Shown here piece after piece: positions 17,513 through 26,506 of a stretch of 38,118 nucleotides of DNA. This stretch comes from a virus (lineage: Duplodnaviria > Caudoviricetes). Numbering within the stretch: position 1 is the stretch's first letter; each line of letters begins with the position of its first letter. Below the pieces are notes generated by a model. It was not told the DNA's origin. It made no database searches and worked only from the letters and a program-made list of their open reading frames with translations. The stretch spans positions 1 to 38,118 of IMG/VR virus record IMGVR_UViG_3300020599_000013. The stretch is one strand, 5' to 3'. Made by a program: the position numbers and the translations under genes.

Positions 17513-18387
17513 TGGGCGAGTTCATCGAGGAGCGCCTGGATACCTGCTTCCGTATTGGGGCAGAAGCTGAGGACAGCTTCTTCACCAGCGTCACCACGAC
17601 GGCAGGAGGTTCGCGGTTTGTCTCGCTGAAGAACGGCAAGCCATACCGCACCTTCGACATCGAGTTCGTGAAGTACAACAAGGAGCTGGCCCAGGAAGTG
17701 GCCAGCCTGTACTACCGGACGTGGGGAGGGTTCGCGGGGTTCCGGGTGAAGGCCTGGGCGGATTTCACCACGGCGAACGATGGGCAGTCTGCCTATACCT
17801 CGCTGGACTGCACGCTGGATGTGGTGAGTGATGGCGTGTATCAGTTGGTGAAGGAGTACGGCCGGGATAAGCCAGGCCTTGCGAGTATCGGCCGGCCTCG
17901 TCGGACGATCTTCAAGCCGGTACAGGGGAAGGCCGTCATCGCCGTCGCCGGCCTGGCCTACCCGAATGGAACCGCCATCGACTACACGACCGGTCGCGTG
18001 ACGCTGGCGGCGAACAAGACGGGCACCATCACCGGTATCACGAAGGGTGCCACCACGGTCATCACGGTGGCCAACAGCTTCGCCATCGGTGAGTCGGTAG
18101 TGATCTCCGGGGTGGCCGGGATGACGCAGATAAACGGGCGCCGCGGCATCATCACCGCACGCTCTGGAACATCCATCACCGTTGCGATCAACTCCAGCGC
18201 CTTCAGCGACTACACCAGTGATGGCACGGTCCAGACGCGCCCACTCAACAGTGGAACGGACATCGTGACGGGGGGCTGTGAGTTCGACATCCCCGTCGCC
18301 TTCGATTCGAACTTCAACGTCCAGGCTCTGAGCGCGGATGTCGGGCAGGCATCAAGCCTGACGCTTGTAGAGCTGCTCAACCCCTGA
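17512..18387 (+). CDS. Distal tail protein (DUF2460/GTA-like) with an inserted beta-domain
   Basis: F.EERL, GFRVKAWADF, QLVKEY, R.IFKPV.G, GCEFDIPVAFD, LVEL; Thr-rich insertion ITGITKGATTVITV...SSAFSDYTS.G. Confidence 0.8.
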   Translation: MGEFIEERLDTCFRIGAEAEDSFFTSVTTTAGGSRFVSLKNGKPYRTFDIEFVKYNKELAQEVASLYYRTWGGFAGFRVKAWADFTTANDGQSAYTSLDCTLDVVSDGVYQLVKEYGRDKPGLASIGRPRRTIFKPVQGKAVIAVAGLAYPNGTAIDYTTGRVTLAANKTGTITGITKGATTVITVANSFAIGESVVISGVAGMTQINGRRGIITARSGTSITVAINSSAFSDYTSDGTVQTRPLNSGTDIVTGGCEFDIPVAFDSNFNVQALSADVGQASSLTLVELLNP

Positions 18388-18436
18388 CCAGCCAGTCGGC
18401 TTACTATCAGGACAAAGAAACTCACTCACACCGAAA

Positions 18437-18479
18437 AGCAAAAGCCCCAGGCGCTCGCAACGCCCGGGGCTTTTTATTT
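18437..18479 (+). terminator. Long intrinsic terminator
   Basis: AAAAGCCCCAGGCG-ctcgcaa-CGCCCGGGGCTTTT followed by tattt. Confidence 0.75.
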
Positions 18480-18512
18480 CCACCCCTTGGAAGGACAAGG
18501 AGCAGAACGTAG

Positions 18513-18686
18513 ATGAAGGATAAGAGGTTCACCCTCAAATTCCTAGGAGCCTTCATGGAATCCGTGAACATCAAACCGGCCGAGTTCCGCAAGAACCTGT
18601 GGCATGCCGCGCTCGCCATTGGCGCCCTGGTGCTTATTGCGCGGTTACCAGAGCTCATCACCGCAATTGGGGCGATTTCCAGATGA
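18513..18686 (+). CDS. 57-aa membrane peptide MKDKRFTLKFLGAF...ALAIGALVLIARLPELITAIGAISR (not in ORF track)
   Basis: SD aaggag; hydrophobic C-terminal half; ATGA overlap with the next ORF. Confidence 0.55.
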   Translation: MKDKRFTLKFLGAFMESVNIKPAEFRKNLWHAALAIGALVLIARLPELITAIGAISR

Positions 18687-18784
18687 CGCCGCGCGCAGCC
18701 AATATCGCCGGCATCCTGATCTCCCTCGGCATTACCGCTTTCCTCGTCCTCTCCGGCGTCGCCCTCGTCCTCGCTGCTCGCTGA
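18683..18784 (+). CDS. 33-aa single-TM peptide MTPRAANIAGILISLGITAFLVLSGVALVLAAR
   Basis: ATGA overlap; one long hydrophobic helix. Confidence 0.55.
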   Translation: MTPRAANIAGILISLGITAFLVLSGVALVLAAR

Positions 18785-18802
18785 CCTTTCCAGAGACCAT
18801 CC

Positions 18803-19690
18803 ATGAAACCACACGTCGCAGACTGGAGGGCGAGAGTTTACTGCGCCCGCATCGAGGCCGAGAACGGCACCATAGTGCGCCTGGCGGCATACCCGACTGA
18901 CCTCGTAATGAGCAACGGAACGGTCTATTCGACCGAATCGGGCTATGAGTTCAGCGGACTGGACGCGACCGACAGTATGTCGCCGTCGAGCGTGGACCTG
19001 ACCGGCATCCTGAACCACGGAATCACTCGGGAGCAATTGGCCACTGGCGTTTTCGACAATGCTCGCTGCTACGTCTTCGCCACTTCCTGGAAGGCGCCCA
19101 TCGAGGACGAAGAGCCGCTTGGCGTCATGATCCTCGGCAAGACCACACTTACCGACGACGCCTACAAGGCGGAGATGATGAGCATCGTGGATGCGCTCAA
19201 CCAGTCGGTTGGTGCGGTGTTCACTGCGCAGTGTCCCTACACGCTGTTCGACCAGACGCTGGATGGCCGGATCATCGCATCGACGCGTAGCCGCTGTACC
19301 GGCCCTCGCTCCAACCCGGACGGCCCGGACATCAACGATTACAAGGTCAGCGGCAGCGTCACCGGGGTGACCAGCCAGTACACCTTCACCGACGCATCCA
19401 GGGCAGAGGCTGATGACTGGTTCACCGCCGGCCAGGTGATGTTCACCGCCGGGCTCAATGCCGGATTGAAACCGCAGCAGATCAAATCGTCGACTGCGGC
19501 CGGCGTCATCACCACGCACGAGCCGTTCCCCTATGCCATCGCGCCCGGGGATGCCTACGTGATGATCCCCGGATGCCGCAAGCGCCGCACCGAAGATTGC
19601 GTGGGCAAGTACGGCAACGGCCCGAACTTCGGTGGACAGCCCGACATGCCGACCGCTTCCCAGTCTGGAGCAGTGGGGAGGGGCGCATGA
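18803..19690 (+). CDS. Tail tip hub protein (DUF2163/BR0599 GTA-like)
   Basis: G.FDNA, C.Y.LFD...C, WF.AG.V.F.AG.NAG, PGCRK....C...YGN..NFGGQP. Confidence 0.85.
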   Translation: MKPHVADWRARVYCARIEAENGTIVRLAAYPTDLVMSNGTVYSTESGYEFSGLDATDSMSPSSVDLTGILNHGITREQLATGVFDNARCYVFATSWKAPIEDEEPLGVMILGKTTLTDDAYKAEMMSIVDALNQSVGAVFTAQCPYTLFDQTLDGRIIASTRSRCTGPRSNPDGPDINDYKVSGSVTGVTSQYTFTDASRAEADDWFTAGQVMFTAGLNAGLKPQQIKSSTAAGVITTHEPFPYAIAPGDAYVMIPGCRKRRTEDCVGKYGNGPNFGGQPDMPTASQSGAVGRGA

Positions 19691-20121
19691 CTCGCGACGA
19701 GATCGTTTCTGCCGCCCTGGAGGCCGAAGGAACGGCGTTCCGGCATCAAGGGCGAGTGGTTGGCCTGGGGCTCGACTGCGCAGGCCTCTATGTCTTCGTT
19801 TGCCAATCCTTGGGCATTCCCCATCGTGACGCCCAGGGCTACCCGCGTACGCCCTTCGACGGGGAACTGGAGCGCCAGATGGATGCCCAGCCGTCCCTGC
19901 AGCGAATCGCCGTGCCTGAGGCGCAGAAGGGCGACGTCTTGCTGATGCGCATGACGAAGCAGCCTCAGCACATTGCCATCCACGCCGGCGAATACCGCGG
20001 CCACCCCTACGTCATCCATGCCAGTGAGCAGCACGGCAAGGTCTGTGTTCATCGCCTGGATTCGCGCTGGTTCGGACGTGTTGTACGTGCCTACAGATTT
20101 TCCGAGGTGACTGATGTCTGA
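19687..20121 (+). CDS. NlpC/P60-family tail-associated peptidase (start corrected to MTRDEIV)
   Basis: GT.FRHQGR..G.GLDCAGL, GDVLLM, QHIAI, VIHA; ATGA overlap. Confidence 0.88.
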   Translation: MTRDEIVSAALEAEGTAFRHQGRVVGLGLDCAGLYVFVCQSLGIPHRDAQGYPRTPFDGELERQMDAQPSLQRIAVPEAQKGDVLLMRMTKQPQHIAIHAGEYRGHPYVIHASEQHGKVCVHRLDSRWFGRVVRAYRFSEVTDV

Positions 20122-23100
20122 TCCCCTAACGATAGGCATCGGCGTCGGGGTAGTTGGCGCACTCCTTGTTGGTCTTTCTCAACAGCAGAAGACCACTATC
20201 GAGGTTGGGAAGCTCTCCAATCGAACCTTCCAAGGCAGCGAGTACGGCGGCGACATTCCTCGCGTCTACAGCACCGTCGGCCTATCCGGTAGCCAGATCG
20301 TCTGGATGGAGAAAAACCAGCTCAAGGAGGTCGTCAAGAAAAAGAAATCGGGCGGGAAGGGCGGGGCGTCGACGGTCACCAAGACGTACTCGTACTTCGC
20401 CACCTTTGCCCTGATGCTCTGCCAGGGCGAGATTGCTGGTATCCGGCGAATCTGGTGCTCCGACAAGCTCATCTACAACGCTGGCAGCGATGACCTGGAA
20501 ACCATCATCGCCTCGAACCAGGCGGCGAAGGGCTGGCGTCTCTACCGCGGCACCGATGACCAATTGCCAGATCCGCGCTATGAGGCGGATGTAGGCGTGG
20601 GGAATGCGCCGGCGTTTAGGGGCTATTCCTACATCGTTTTCGATGATTTTGCCCTGGCTGACTACGGCAATACTCTGCAGGCGGCGCAGTTTAAAGTGGA
20701 AGTGCTGTCCAAGACCGGCGTGCAGAACTACGTCGTGATCAGTTCGGAGACCTCCAGGGCCGGCGGGATCAACGTATACGGCTCGGGCATTGATGGCGTC
20801 GGCGACAGCGGAGAGTGGCGGTATTGCTCGCTGAATGATGGCGTGCTGAGCCAATTCTCGCAGTTCACCAGCGGCGCGGTGTCGGTCGATAGCGAGCCGA
20901 CCGGCTATGACCTGTTCCGCAAGGAGCCGATTGGCGGCGTCTTCACCGGGGCGTTCCCGTTCGGCTGCATCACCGCAGATGGGGAGCGCCGGCATTTCCG
21001 CGCCGGGAATACCCTCTATGGCGTGCCGGGGAATACCGCGATCAGCCTGAGTTCTGGCTTTGTCGTCGATGATGACCTGTTCGGCCTGATCGACGGGACG
21101 TTGTATCGCCTAGCCGGCACCGATGCCGGGTTCGACAGCCAGGTGGTGGCCAGCGTCGCGCTGGGGCCGAATGAGAACGGGGTCTGCCTGCAGGGCGAGC
21201 GGGTCTACCTGAAATCCGGCACCAACCAGATCAAGGAGTTCGACCTCGACCTCAACCTGCGCTCACAGAAGACCATCAGCGGCCTGGCGCCCGGCTTCGC
21301 CGCTTCGCCGTTCCTGTTCGCCAACGATGATTTCCTGTTCTACGTGACCGGCTCGACCGGGCTGTTCAACCTGTTCAAGATCGACTATCAGGCCGGCGCA
21401 ATGGTCGAGTCGTACCTCAACATTGCCCTGCCGTTCGCCCCGCTTCAAATCTCCATTGACCGAAACCTTATCGCCTTCTGCGGGCAGTTCGCCGACGCCG
21501 AGACCTCGTATCTGTGGCGCGAAGTGATCGAGATCGACAAGCAGGTCGAGGATTACGAGAGCCTGGCCGATGTGCTGCAGGCGGAGTGCATCAAGTCAGC
21601 ACTGATCAAGGCGAGCGACCTGGACACCTCCCTGCTCACGCAGAGCATCCGGGGCTATCGTGTCTCAGGGGGGGCAATCCGCTCGGTGATCGAGCCGCTG
21701 CAGGGCGCCTATCCGTTTGATGTTGTCCCGTCCGGCTACCAGCTCAAGTTCGTCCCGCGCGGGCAAGCGTCTGTGCTGTCGATTCCATGGGAGGACCTGG
21801 CCGCAGCCAATGGCGACGAGATCGGCGACATGCTGTCGATGCCGCGCGAGATGGACACCCAATTGCCGCACAGGGTGAGCATCACCGCACTCAGTTCTAC
21901 CCGCGAATACGCCTCCAGCACCCAGTACTACGAGCGGCTGAACACCTCGGCGGTCAATGTCGAGGAGCGGGATATCCCGCTGGTGCTGTCGGACGACGAG
22001 ATTGCGCAGATGGCCGAGAAGCTGCTGTTCCTGCGCTGGCTGGAGCGTACCGACGCGTCCTTCTCCCTGCCGCCGTCGTATCTCGGCCTGGAGCCGGCGG
22101 ACGTCGTCACGGTGACGGCGCCCTATGGAATTTTCGAACTGCGCCTCGCCGAGGTGAACTATGAGGCAGACGGTCGTTTGACCTGCAAGGCCAGGCCGAA
22201 CAACGCTGCCATCTACACCAGCACTGCGGTCGGTGCCGTGGTTCCCGGCCCGGATGGCACCATTCCACTGCGCGGCCCCAGCCTATGGGTCGCGATGGAC
22301 ATCCCGCTTATCGACGAAACCCTGCAGAACACCCCCGGCATGGCCACTGCCGCTTCTGGCTACACCGACGGCTGGCCGGGCATGGTGCTGGTGCGCTCGA
22401 ACGATGACGGCCAGACCTACACCGACCTGCAGGCATACGTCGGCAAGTGCACTATCGGCTACGCCCAGGGCAGCCTGCCGGCCAACAGCGGCGCTCTGAT
22501 CGACCAGCGCACTCTGAGCGTTGGGCTGGTGTCCGGCGAACTGGAAAGCGTCACCGAGGAGCAGATGCTCGCCGGGGCGAACATCGCCGCCTATGGCGCC
22601 GACCAGCGCTGGGAGATCATCCGCTTCCAAAACGCCGTGCTGCAGCCGGACGGCTCCTATGTGTTGAGCCAGTTCGTGCGCGGCGACAGGGGCACCGAGT
22701 GGGCTACCGGCCTACACCAGCCGGGTGACCAGTTCATCCTGCTTGATGACCCAGACAACGCCTTCGTCGGCCTTCCGGTCGAGTCCATAGGCCTACAGCG
22801 GATGTATCGCGCCGTGACTTCCGGGGCCAGCATCGATTCCGCCCCAGATCAGCCGTTCACCTACCGCGGCGTCAACCTGCGCCCGCTGTCGCCGGCCTAT
22901 CCGGTCGGCATGCGCAACGGTGCCGGCGACCTAGTGGCCAGTTGGACACGGCGCTCGCGACTGTCCTCCAGCTGGTGGGTCACCGGTATTTCCGCGCCGG
23001 TTGGCGAGACCAGTGAAGCCTACGAGGTGGAGGTCATGTCCGGCGCAACGGTCAAACGCACGATCAGTGCCACCACGCCAACCATCAATTATCCCGCCGT

Positions 23101-23206
23101 CGACCAGATCGCCGACTTCGGTTCGGCGCAAGCCGCCATCACCCTACGTATCTATCAGCTCTCGTCCGTGGTCGGACGGGGCCTGCCCCTGGAGGTAACC
23201 CTGTGA
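20114..23206 (+). CDS. Central tail tip / host-specificity protein
   Basis: 1030 aa; YG..IPRVY, LCQGEI.GIRRIW, PAFRG..YIVF, WEIIRF, RG.RGTE, WTRRSR and YEVEV motifs. Confidence 0.85.
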   Translation: MSDPLTIGIGVGVVGALLVGLSQQQKTTIEVGKLSNRTFQGSEYGGDIPRVYSTVGLSGSQIVWMEKNQLKEVVKKKKSGGKGGASTVTKTYSYFATFALMLCQGEIAGIRRIWCSDKLIYNAGSDDLETIIASNQAAKGWRLYRGTDDQLPDPRYEADVGVGNAPAFRGYSYIVFDDFALADYGNTLQAAQFKVEVLSKTGVQNYVVISSETSRAGGINVYGSGIDGVGDSGEWRYCSLNDGVLSQFSQFTSGAVSVDSEPTGYDLFRKEPIGGVFTGAFPFGCITADGERRHFRAGNTLYGVPGNTAISLSSGFVVDDDLFGLIDGTLYRLAGTDAGFDSQVVASVALGPNENGVCLQGERVYLKSGTNQIKEFDLDLNLRSQKTISGLAPGFAASPFLFANDDFLFYVTGSTGLFNLFKIDYQAGAMVESYLNIALPFAPLQISIDRNLIAFCGQFADAETSYLWREVIEIDKQVEDYESLADVLQAECIKSALIKASDLDTSLLTQSIRGYRVSGGAIRSVIEPLQGAYPFDVVPSGYQLKFVPRGQASVLSIPWEDLAAANGDEIGDMLSMPREMDTQLPHRVSITALSSTREYASSTQYYERLNTSAVNVEERDIPLVLSDDEIAQMAEKLLFLRWLERTDASFSLPPSYLGLEPADVVTVTAPYGIFELRLAEVNYEADGRLTCKARPNNAAIYTSTAVGAVVPGPDGTIPLRGPSLWVAMDIPLIDETLQNTPGMATAASGYTDGWPGMVLVRSNDDGQTYTDLQAYVGKCTIGYAQGSLPANSGALIDQRTLSVGLVSGELESVTEEQMLAGANIAAYGADQRWEIIRFQNAVLQPDGSYVLSQFVRGDRGTEWATGLHQPGDQFILLDDPDNAFVGLPVESIGLQRMYRAVTSGASIDSAPDQPFTYRGVNLRPLSPAYPVGMRNGAGDLVASWTRRSRLSSSWWVTGISAPVGETSEAYEVEVMSGATVKRTISATTPTINYPAVDQIADFGSAQAAITLRIYQLSSVVGRGLPLEVTL

Positions 23207-25365
23207 GCACCACCCCCAAGACCAAACTTACCGAACTGTCGAGCACTGCCGCCAACCAGGCGCCGGTGGTGAACGCTGACTGGGCGATCATCGACCAGCT
23301 GTTGGATGGAACCGTCAAGGACAAGGACTTGGCCACGCCGCCCGGCAGTCCGGAGGATGGCGACGCCTACATTGTGGCGAGCAGCCCGACCGGGGTCTGG
23401 AGCGGGAAAACCAACCAGATTGCCTACTATCGAGCTTCGGCCGGCGCCTGGCAGTTCATCGTGCCGCGCGCCGGCTGGACGCTGCGGGTGGCCGATGAGT
23501 TGGACACCAACGCTGTGCCGAAGGAGTACGGCTACACCGGTTCGGCCTGGTTGCTGTCCGGCGCCGGTTTTTCCGGCGGCACCATTAGTTCCGCGTTGAA
23601 TGAGGCGCCTCTAGTTACCCTGGCGTCCGCCGCGACGGTGAATATCAGCGCCGCCGCCGCCAACACCATCAATATCAGCGGCACCACGACGATTACGGCG
23701 TTCGACAGCATCGCGTCCGGTGCCAAGCGGGTGCTGGTGTTCCAGGGCGCGCTCACCCTCACGCACAACTCGACGTCCCTCATCCTACCAACTGCCACCA
23801 ACGTCATCACCGCTGCGGGCGACATCGCCGAATTCGTCAGCCTGGGCAGCGGTAACTGGCGCTGCACCAACTACCAGCGCGCCGACGGCACGCCACTGGC
23901 TGGCAGTGGCGGTTCGTTCACCGGCGGCACCCTGACGTCGGCCCTGAACGAAGCGCCGGCCGCCACGCTGGCCTCAGCCGCCACGGTCAATATCGGCGCA
24001 GCCGCGGCGAACACGGTCAAGGTCACCGGCACCACCACCATTACCGCCTTCGACAGCATTGCCGATGGCGCGGTGCGCAAGGTCGAATTCCAGGGCGCGC
24101 TGACACTGACCCATAACGCCACCAGCCTGATTCTGCCGACCGGGGCCAACATTGCCACCGCCGCCGGCGACGTGGCGGAATTCCGCTCGTTGGGCAGTGG
24201 CAACTGGAAGTGCACGGGATACATGCGGGCTAACGGCCAGGCTCTTGCTGGTGGCGGTGGCGGCGGACTGACAAATCTGGCCGAGGCGAAGAATACCTCC
24301 GATCCGAACGCGACTGTTCCTGTCGTTTCCCTGTCGGTGTCGATCACCGAAACCAACGGGGACATTGCCATCATTGCCAAGGGCACCGGGGCGCTGCTGG
24401 CTCAAATTCCAACCAATAACAACATAGGTGGCAATAAGCGCGGGGAATATGCCACCGATTGGCAGCGTGTCCGCTCATCGTCCAACCAGGTGGCGAGTGG
24501 TAACTGGAGCGTTGTCTGCGGTGGTCAAAACAACCGTGTAGACGGTTCGTCTGCCGTTGTTGTTGGAGGGTCTGGCAATACCGCAAACGGCGCAGGATCG
24601 TTCATCGGCGGAGGTGACACCAGCACAGTTACCAACTCGTATGCGGCCATTGCGGGAGGCCGGAAAAACAACATTTTTGCCAGCTTCGGATTTATCGGTG
24701 GAGGCCAGAATAACAGCATCGAAAACGGCACGTATGGTGCCGTCGCTGGTGGTAACGGCAACATCATACGTGGATCGAACGACTACCAGACTATCGGTGG
24801 CGGCAGGCTGAACACCTGTCAGGGCAACTCGTCGACCATCTGCGGCGGCGAGAACAATGATACCTCCGGTCATTATTCCACCGTTCTGGGCGGTCTCTAT
24901 GGCAGCGATCGAGGTACATACGGCGCCGAAGTTCGGGCTAGCGGCCGCTTCTCCGCTTCTGGTGATGCCCAGCGGCGCCGGGTGCTGCTACGGGCAGCAA
25001 CGGCGGATGCCACCTCGACCGCGCTGACTTCCGATGGTGCGGCAGCGTCGACCGCCAACCGGCTAACCCTGCCTAACAACTCGACCTTCGCATTCCATGG
25101 GCAACTCGTCGCGCGGTCTGGCAACACCGATCAGGCGCGCTTCAGTCTTGACGGCCTCATCACCCGTGGCGCGAATGAGGCGGCCACGGCGTTAGTCGGT
25201 ACGCCTACTGTCACGGCGACACATGCCTCGACTGGGGCGTCTGGCTGGACAGTTACGGTCACGGCTGACACGACGAACGGACTGCTCAACATCGCCGTTA
25301 CCGGTGCTGCTGCCACCAACATCAAGTGGGTTGCCGACATCGAGACTGTCGAAGTCGTTGGCTGA
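23203..25365 (+). CDS. Tail fibre / receptor-binding protein (DUF2793-like N-terminus)
   Basis: PPGSPEDGDAYIV...G.W.G....IA...W.F..P..GW anchor; duplicated 116-aa module; GG-x-x-N solenoid-like repeats. Confidence 0.85.
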   Translation: MSTTPKTKLTELSSTAANQAPVVNADWAIIDQLLDGTVKDKDLATPPGSPEDGDAYIVASSPTGVWSGKTNQIAYYRASAGAWQFIVPRAGWTLRVADELDTNAVPKEYGYTGSAWLLSGAGFSGGTISSALNEAPLVTLASAATVNISAAAANTINISGTTTITAFDSIASGAKRVLVFQGALTLTHNSTSLILPTATNVITAAGDIAEFVSLGSGNWRCTNYQRADGTPLAGSGGSFTGGTLTSALNEAPAATLASAATVNIGAAAANTVKVTGTTTITAFDSIADGAVRKVEFQGALTLTHNATSLILPTGANIATAAGDVAEFRSLGSGNWKCTGYMRANGQALAGGGGGGLTNLAEAKNTSDPNATVPVVSLSVSITETNGDIAIIAKGTGALLAQIPTNNNIGGNKRGEYATDWQRVRSSSNQVASGNWSVVCGGQNNRVDGSSAVVVGGSGNTANGAGSFIGGGDTSTVTNSYAAIAGGRKNNIFASFGFIGGGQNNSIENGTYGAVAGGNGNIIRGSNDYQTIGGGRLNTCQGNSSTICGGENNDTSGHYSTVLGGLYGSDRGTYGAEVRASGRFSASGDAQRRRVLLRAATADATSTALTSDGAAASTANRLTLPNNSTFAFHGQLVARSGNTDQARFSLDGLITRGANEAATALVGTPTVTATHASTGASGWTVTVTADTTNGLLNIAVTGAAATNIKWVADIETVEVVG
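23569..24252 (+). repeat. Two diverged tandem copies of a 116-aa module in the tail fibre (348-nt period)
   Basis: F(S/T)GGT..SALNEAP..TLASAATVNI...SLGSGNW.CT.Y.RA.G, starting at 23569 and 23917. Confidence 0.9.
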
Positions 25366-25385
25366 TCCAAAGCAACCCCAACAGG

Positions 25386-25406
25386 CCGCCATCAGGCGGT
25401 TTTTTT
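25386..25406 (+). terminator. Intrinsic terminator after the tail fibre
   Basis: CCGCC-atca-GGCGG-TTTTTTT. Confidence 0.8.
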
Positions 25407-25422
25407 GTGTCCGGAGAAACCC

Positions 25423-25503
25423 ATGCCAATCACTGAATCACAGCTCCTGCGCATCCTTCCGAACGCCGGCCTTCGAGCCGGCGTTTTTGTTTCTGGAGCC
25501 TGA
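25423..25503 (+). pseudogene. 26-aa remnant of a Pseudomonas GH19-type endolysin N-terminus (MPITESQLLRILPNAGLRAGVFVSGA*)
   Basis: RBS ggag; resembles, from recall, the MPITxQQLLxILPNAGxxAGVFV start of Pseudomonas phage/pyocin GH19 lysins; stops 2 nt before the R-type endolysin. Confidence 0.7.
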
Positions 25504-25505
25504 CC

Positions 25506-26000
25506 ATGCCTCGAATCAGCGCTGCCCAAGCGGGCGGCAAGAACGTCTGCGCCTTCCTCGACATGCTGGCCTGGTCGGAAGGTACTCGGACCAGTCGTTA
25601 CTCGAAAGACGACGGCTACGACGTGGTGGTCGGCGGACTGGACTCGCCGAACACCTTCAGCAACTACTCCGGCCACCCGAACATTCTGGTGACGGTGAAC
25701 AAGCAGGGGCTGAAGTCCACTGCTGCTGGCCGATATCAGCTGTTGTTCCGCTGGTGGAAGCCCTATCGGGATCTGCTGCAGCTTCGCGACTTCAGTCCCG
25801 AGAGCCAGGACCGCGTGGCCATCCAGCAGATTCGCGAGCGCGGCGCCCTGGGCGACATCCAGGCCGGCCGGGTGCGTGAGGCCATCGCCAAGTGCTCGAA
25901 CATCTGGGCCAGCCTGCCGGGCGCGGGCTATGGCCAGCGCGAGCACCGGCTCGACGACCTGGTGCAGCAGTACCGCGCTGCTGGCGGGGTGGTGGCATGA
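25506..26000 (+). CDS. Endolysin, lambda R-type lytic transglycosylase
   Basis: AFLDMLAWSEGT, GYDVVVGG, STAAGRYQLL, DFSPESQD, IWASLPGAGYGQ. Confidence 0.95.
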   Translation: MPRISAAQAGGKNVCAFLDMLAWSEGTRTSRYSKDDGYDVVVGGLDSPNTFSNYSGHPNILVTVNKQGLKSTAAGRYQLLFRWWKPYRDLLQLRDFSPESQDRVAIQQIRERGALGDIQAGRVREAIAKCSNIWASLPGAGYGQREHRLDDLVQQYRAAGGVVA

Positions 26001-26506
26001 CCTGGCTGCTCAACTACTGGCGCCAACTCCTGATGGTGCTGATCATCGCCGCCGTGGGCATTGGATGCTGGCGCCACGGCGTGACGACGACGGATGCAGC
26101 CTGGCAGGCTCGATGGGACCAGCACCTCGCCGCCGATGCCGCAGCTACCGCTCGAGCCCAGGCCGAACAGCGCGCCATCGAACAATCCAGCCAACAGTCC
26201 ATCAACAAGGTGATGACCGATGCCCAACGTGAAATCGACCATGCGACTGCTGATGCTGCTGCCGCTCGTGCTTCTGCTGGCAGCCTGCGCGACGCCGCCG
26301 ACAAGCTCGCAGCCCGACTGGCAGCAAGTGAAGCCCGCGGCGATACCTGCACTGCCGGAGCAAGCAAGGCAGCTGCCGCTGCAGCTAGAGTGTTGGCCGA
26401 CGTGCTCAAGCGCGCTGACGAAAGAGCGGGAGTCCTGGCAGCAGCAGCTGACCAGTCCCGCGCCAGGGGGTTAGCCTGCGAGGCGGCTTATGACGCTTTG
26501 AGGTAA
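25997..26506 (+). CDS. Rz: i-spanin (Rz-like; start corrected to MTWLLNYW)
   Basis: N-terminal TM, Ala-rich coiled coil, C-terminal GLACEAAYDAL; ATGA overlap with the endolysin. Confidence 0.88.
   Translation: MTWLLNYWRQLLMVLIIAAVGIGCWRHGVTTTDAAWQARWDQHLAADAAATARAQAEQRAIEQSSQQSINKVMTDAQREIDHATADAAAARASAGSLRDAADKLAARLAASEARGDTCTAGASKAAAAAARVLADVLKRADERAGVLAAAADQSRARGLACEAAYDALR
26241..26474 (+). CDS. Rz1: o-spanin lipoprotein nested in Rz
   Basis: MRLLMLLPLVLLLAAC lipobox; Pro-rich mature part; +1 frame inside Rz. Confidence 0.85.
   Translation: MRLLMLLPLVLLLAACATPPTSSQPDWQQVKPAAIPALPEQARQLPLQLECWPTCSSALTKERESWQQQLTSPAPGG

Noticed and set aside
18422-19519. 365-aa antisense ORF over the hub gene
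   Set aside because: Shadow ORF crossing a terminator and several + strand genes.
23203-25505. Diversity-generating retroelement or invertible tail-fibre switch
   Set aside because: No reverse transcriptase or invertase in the window; the fibre duplication differs at all base types, not only adenines.
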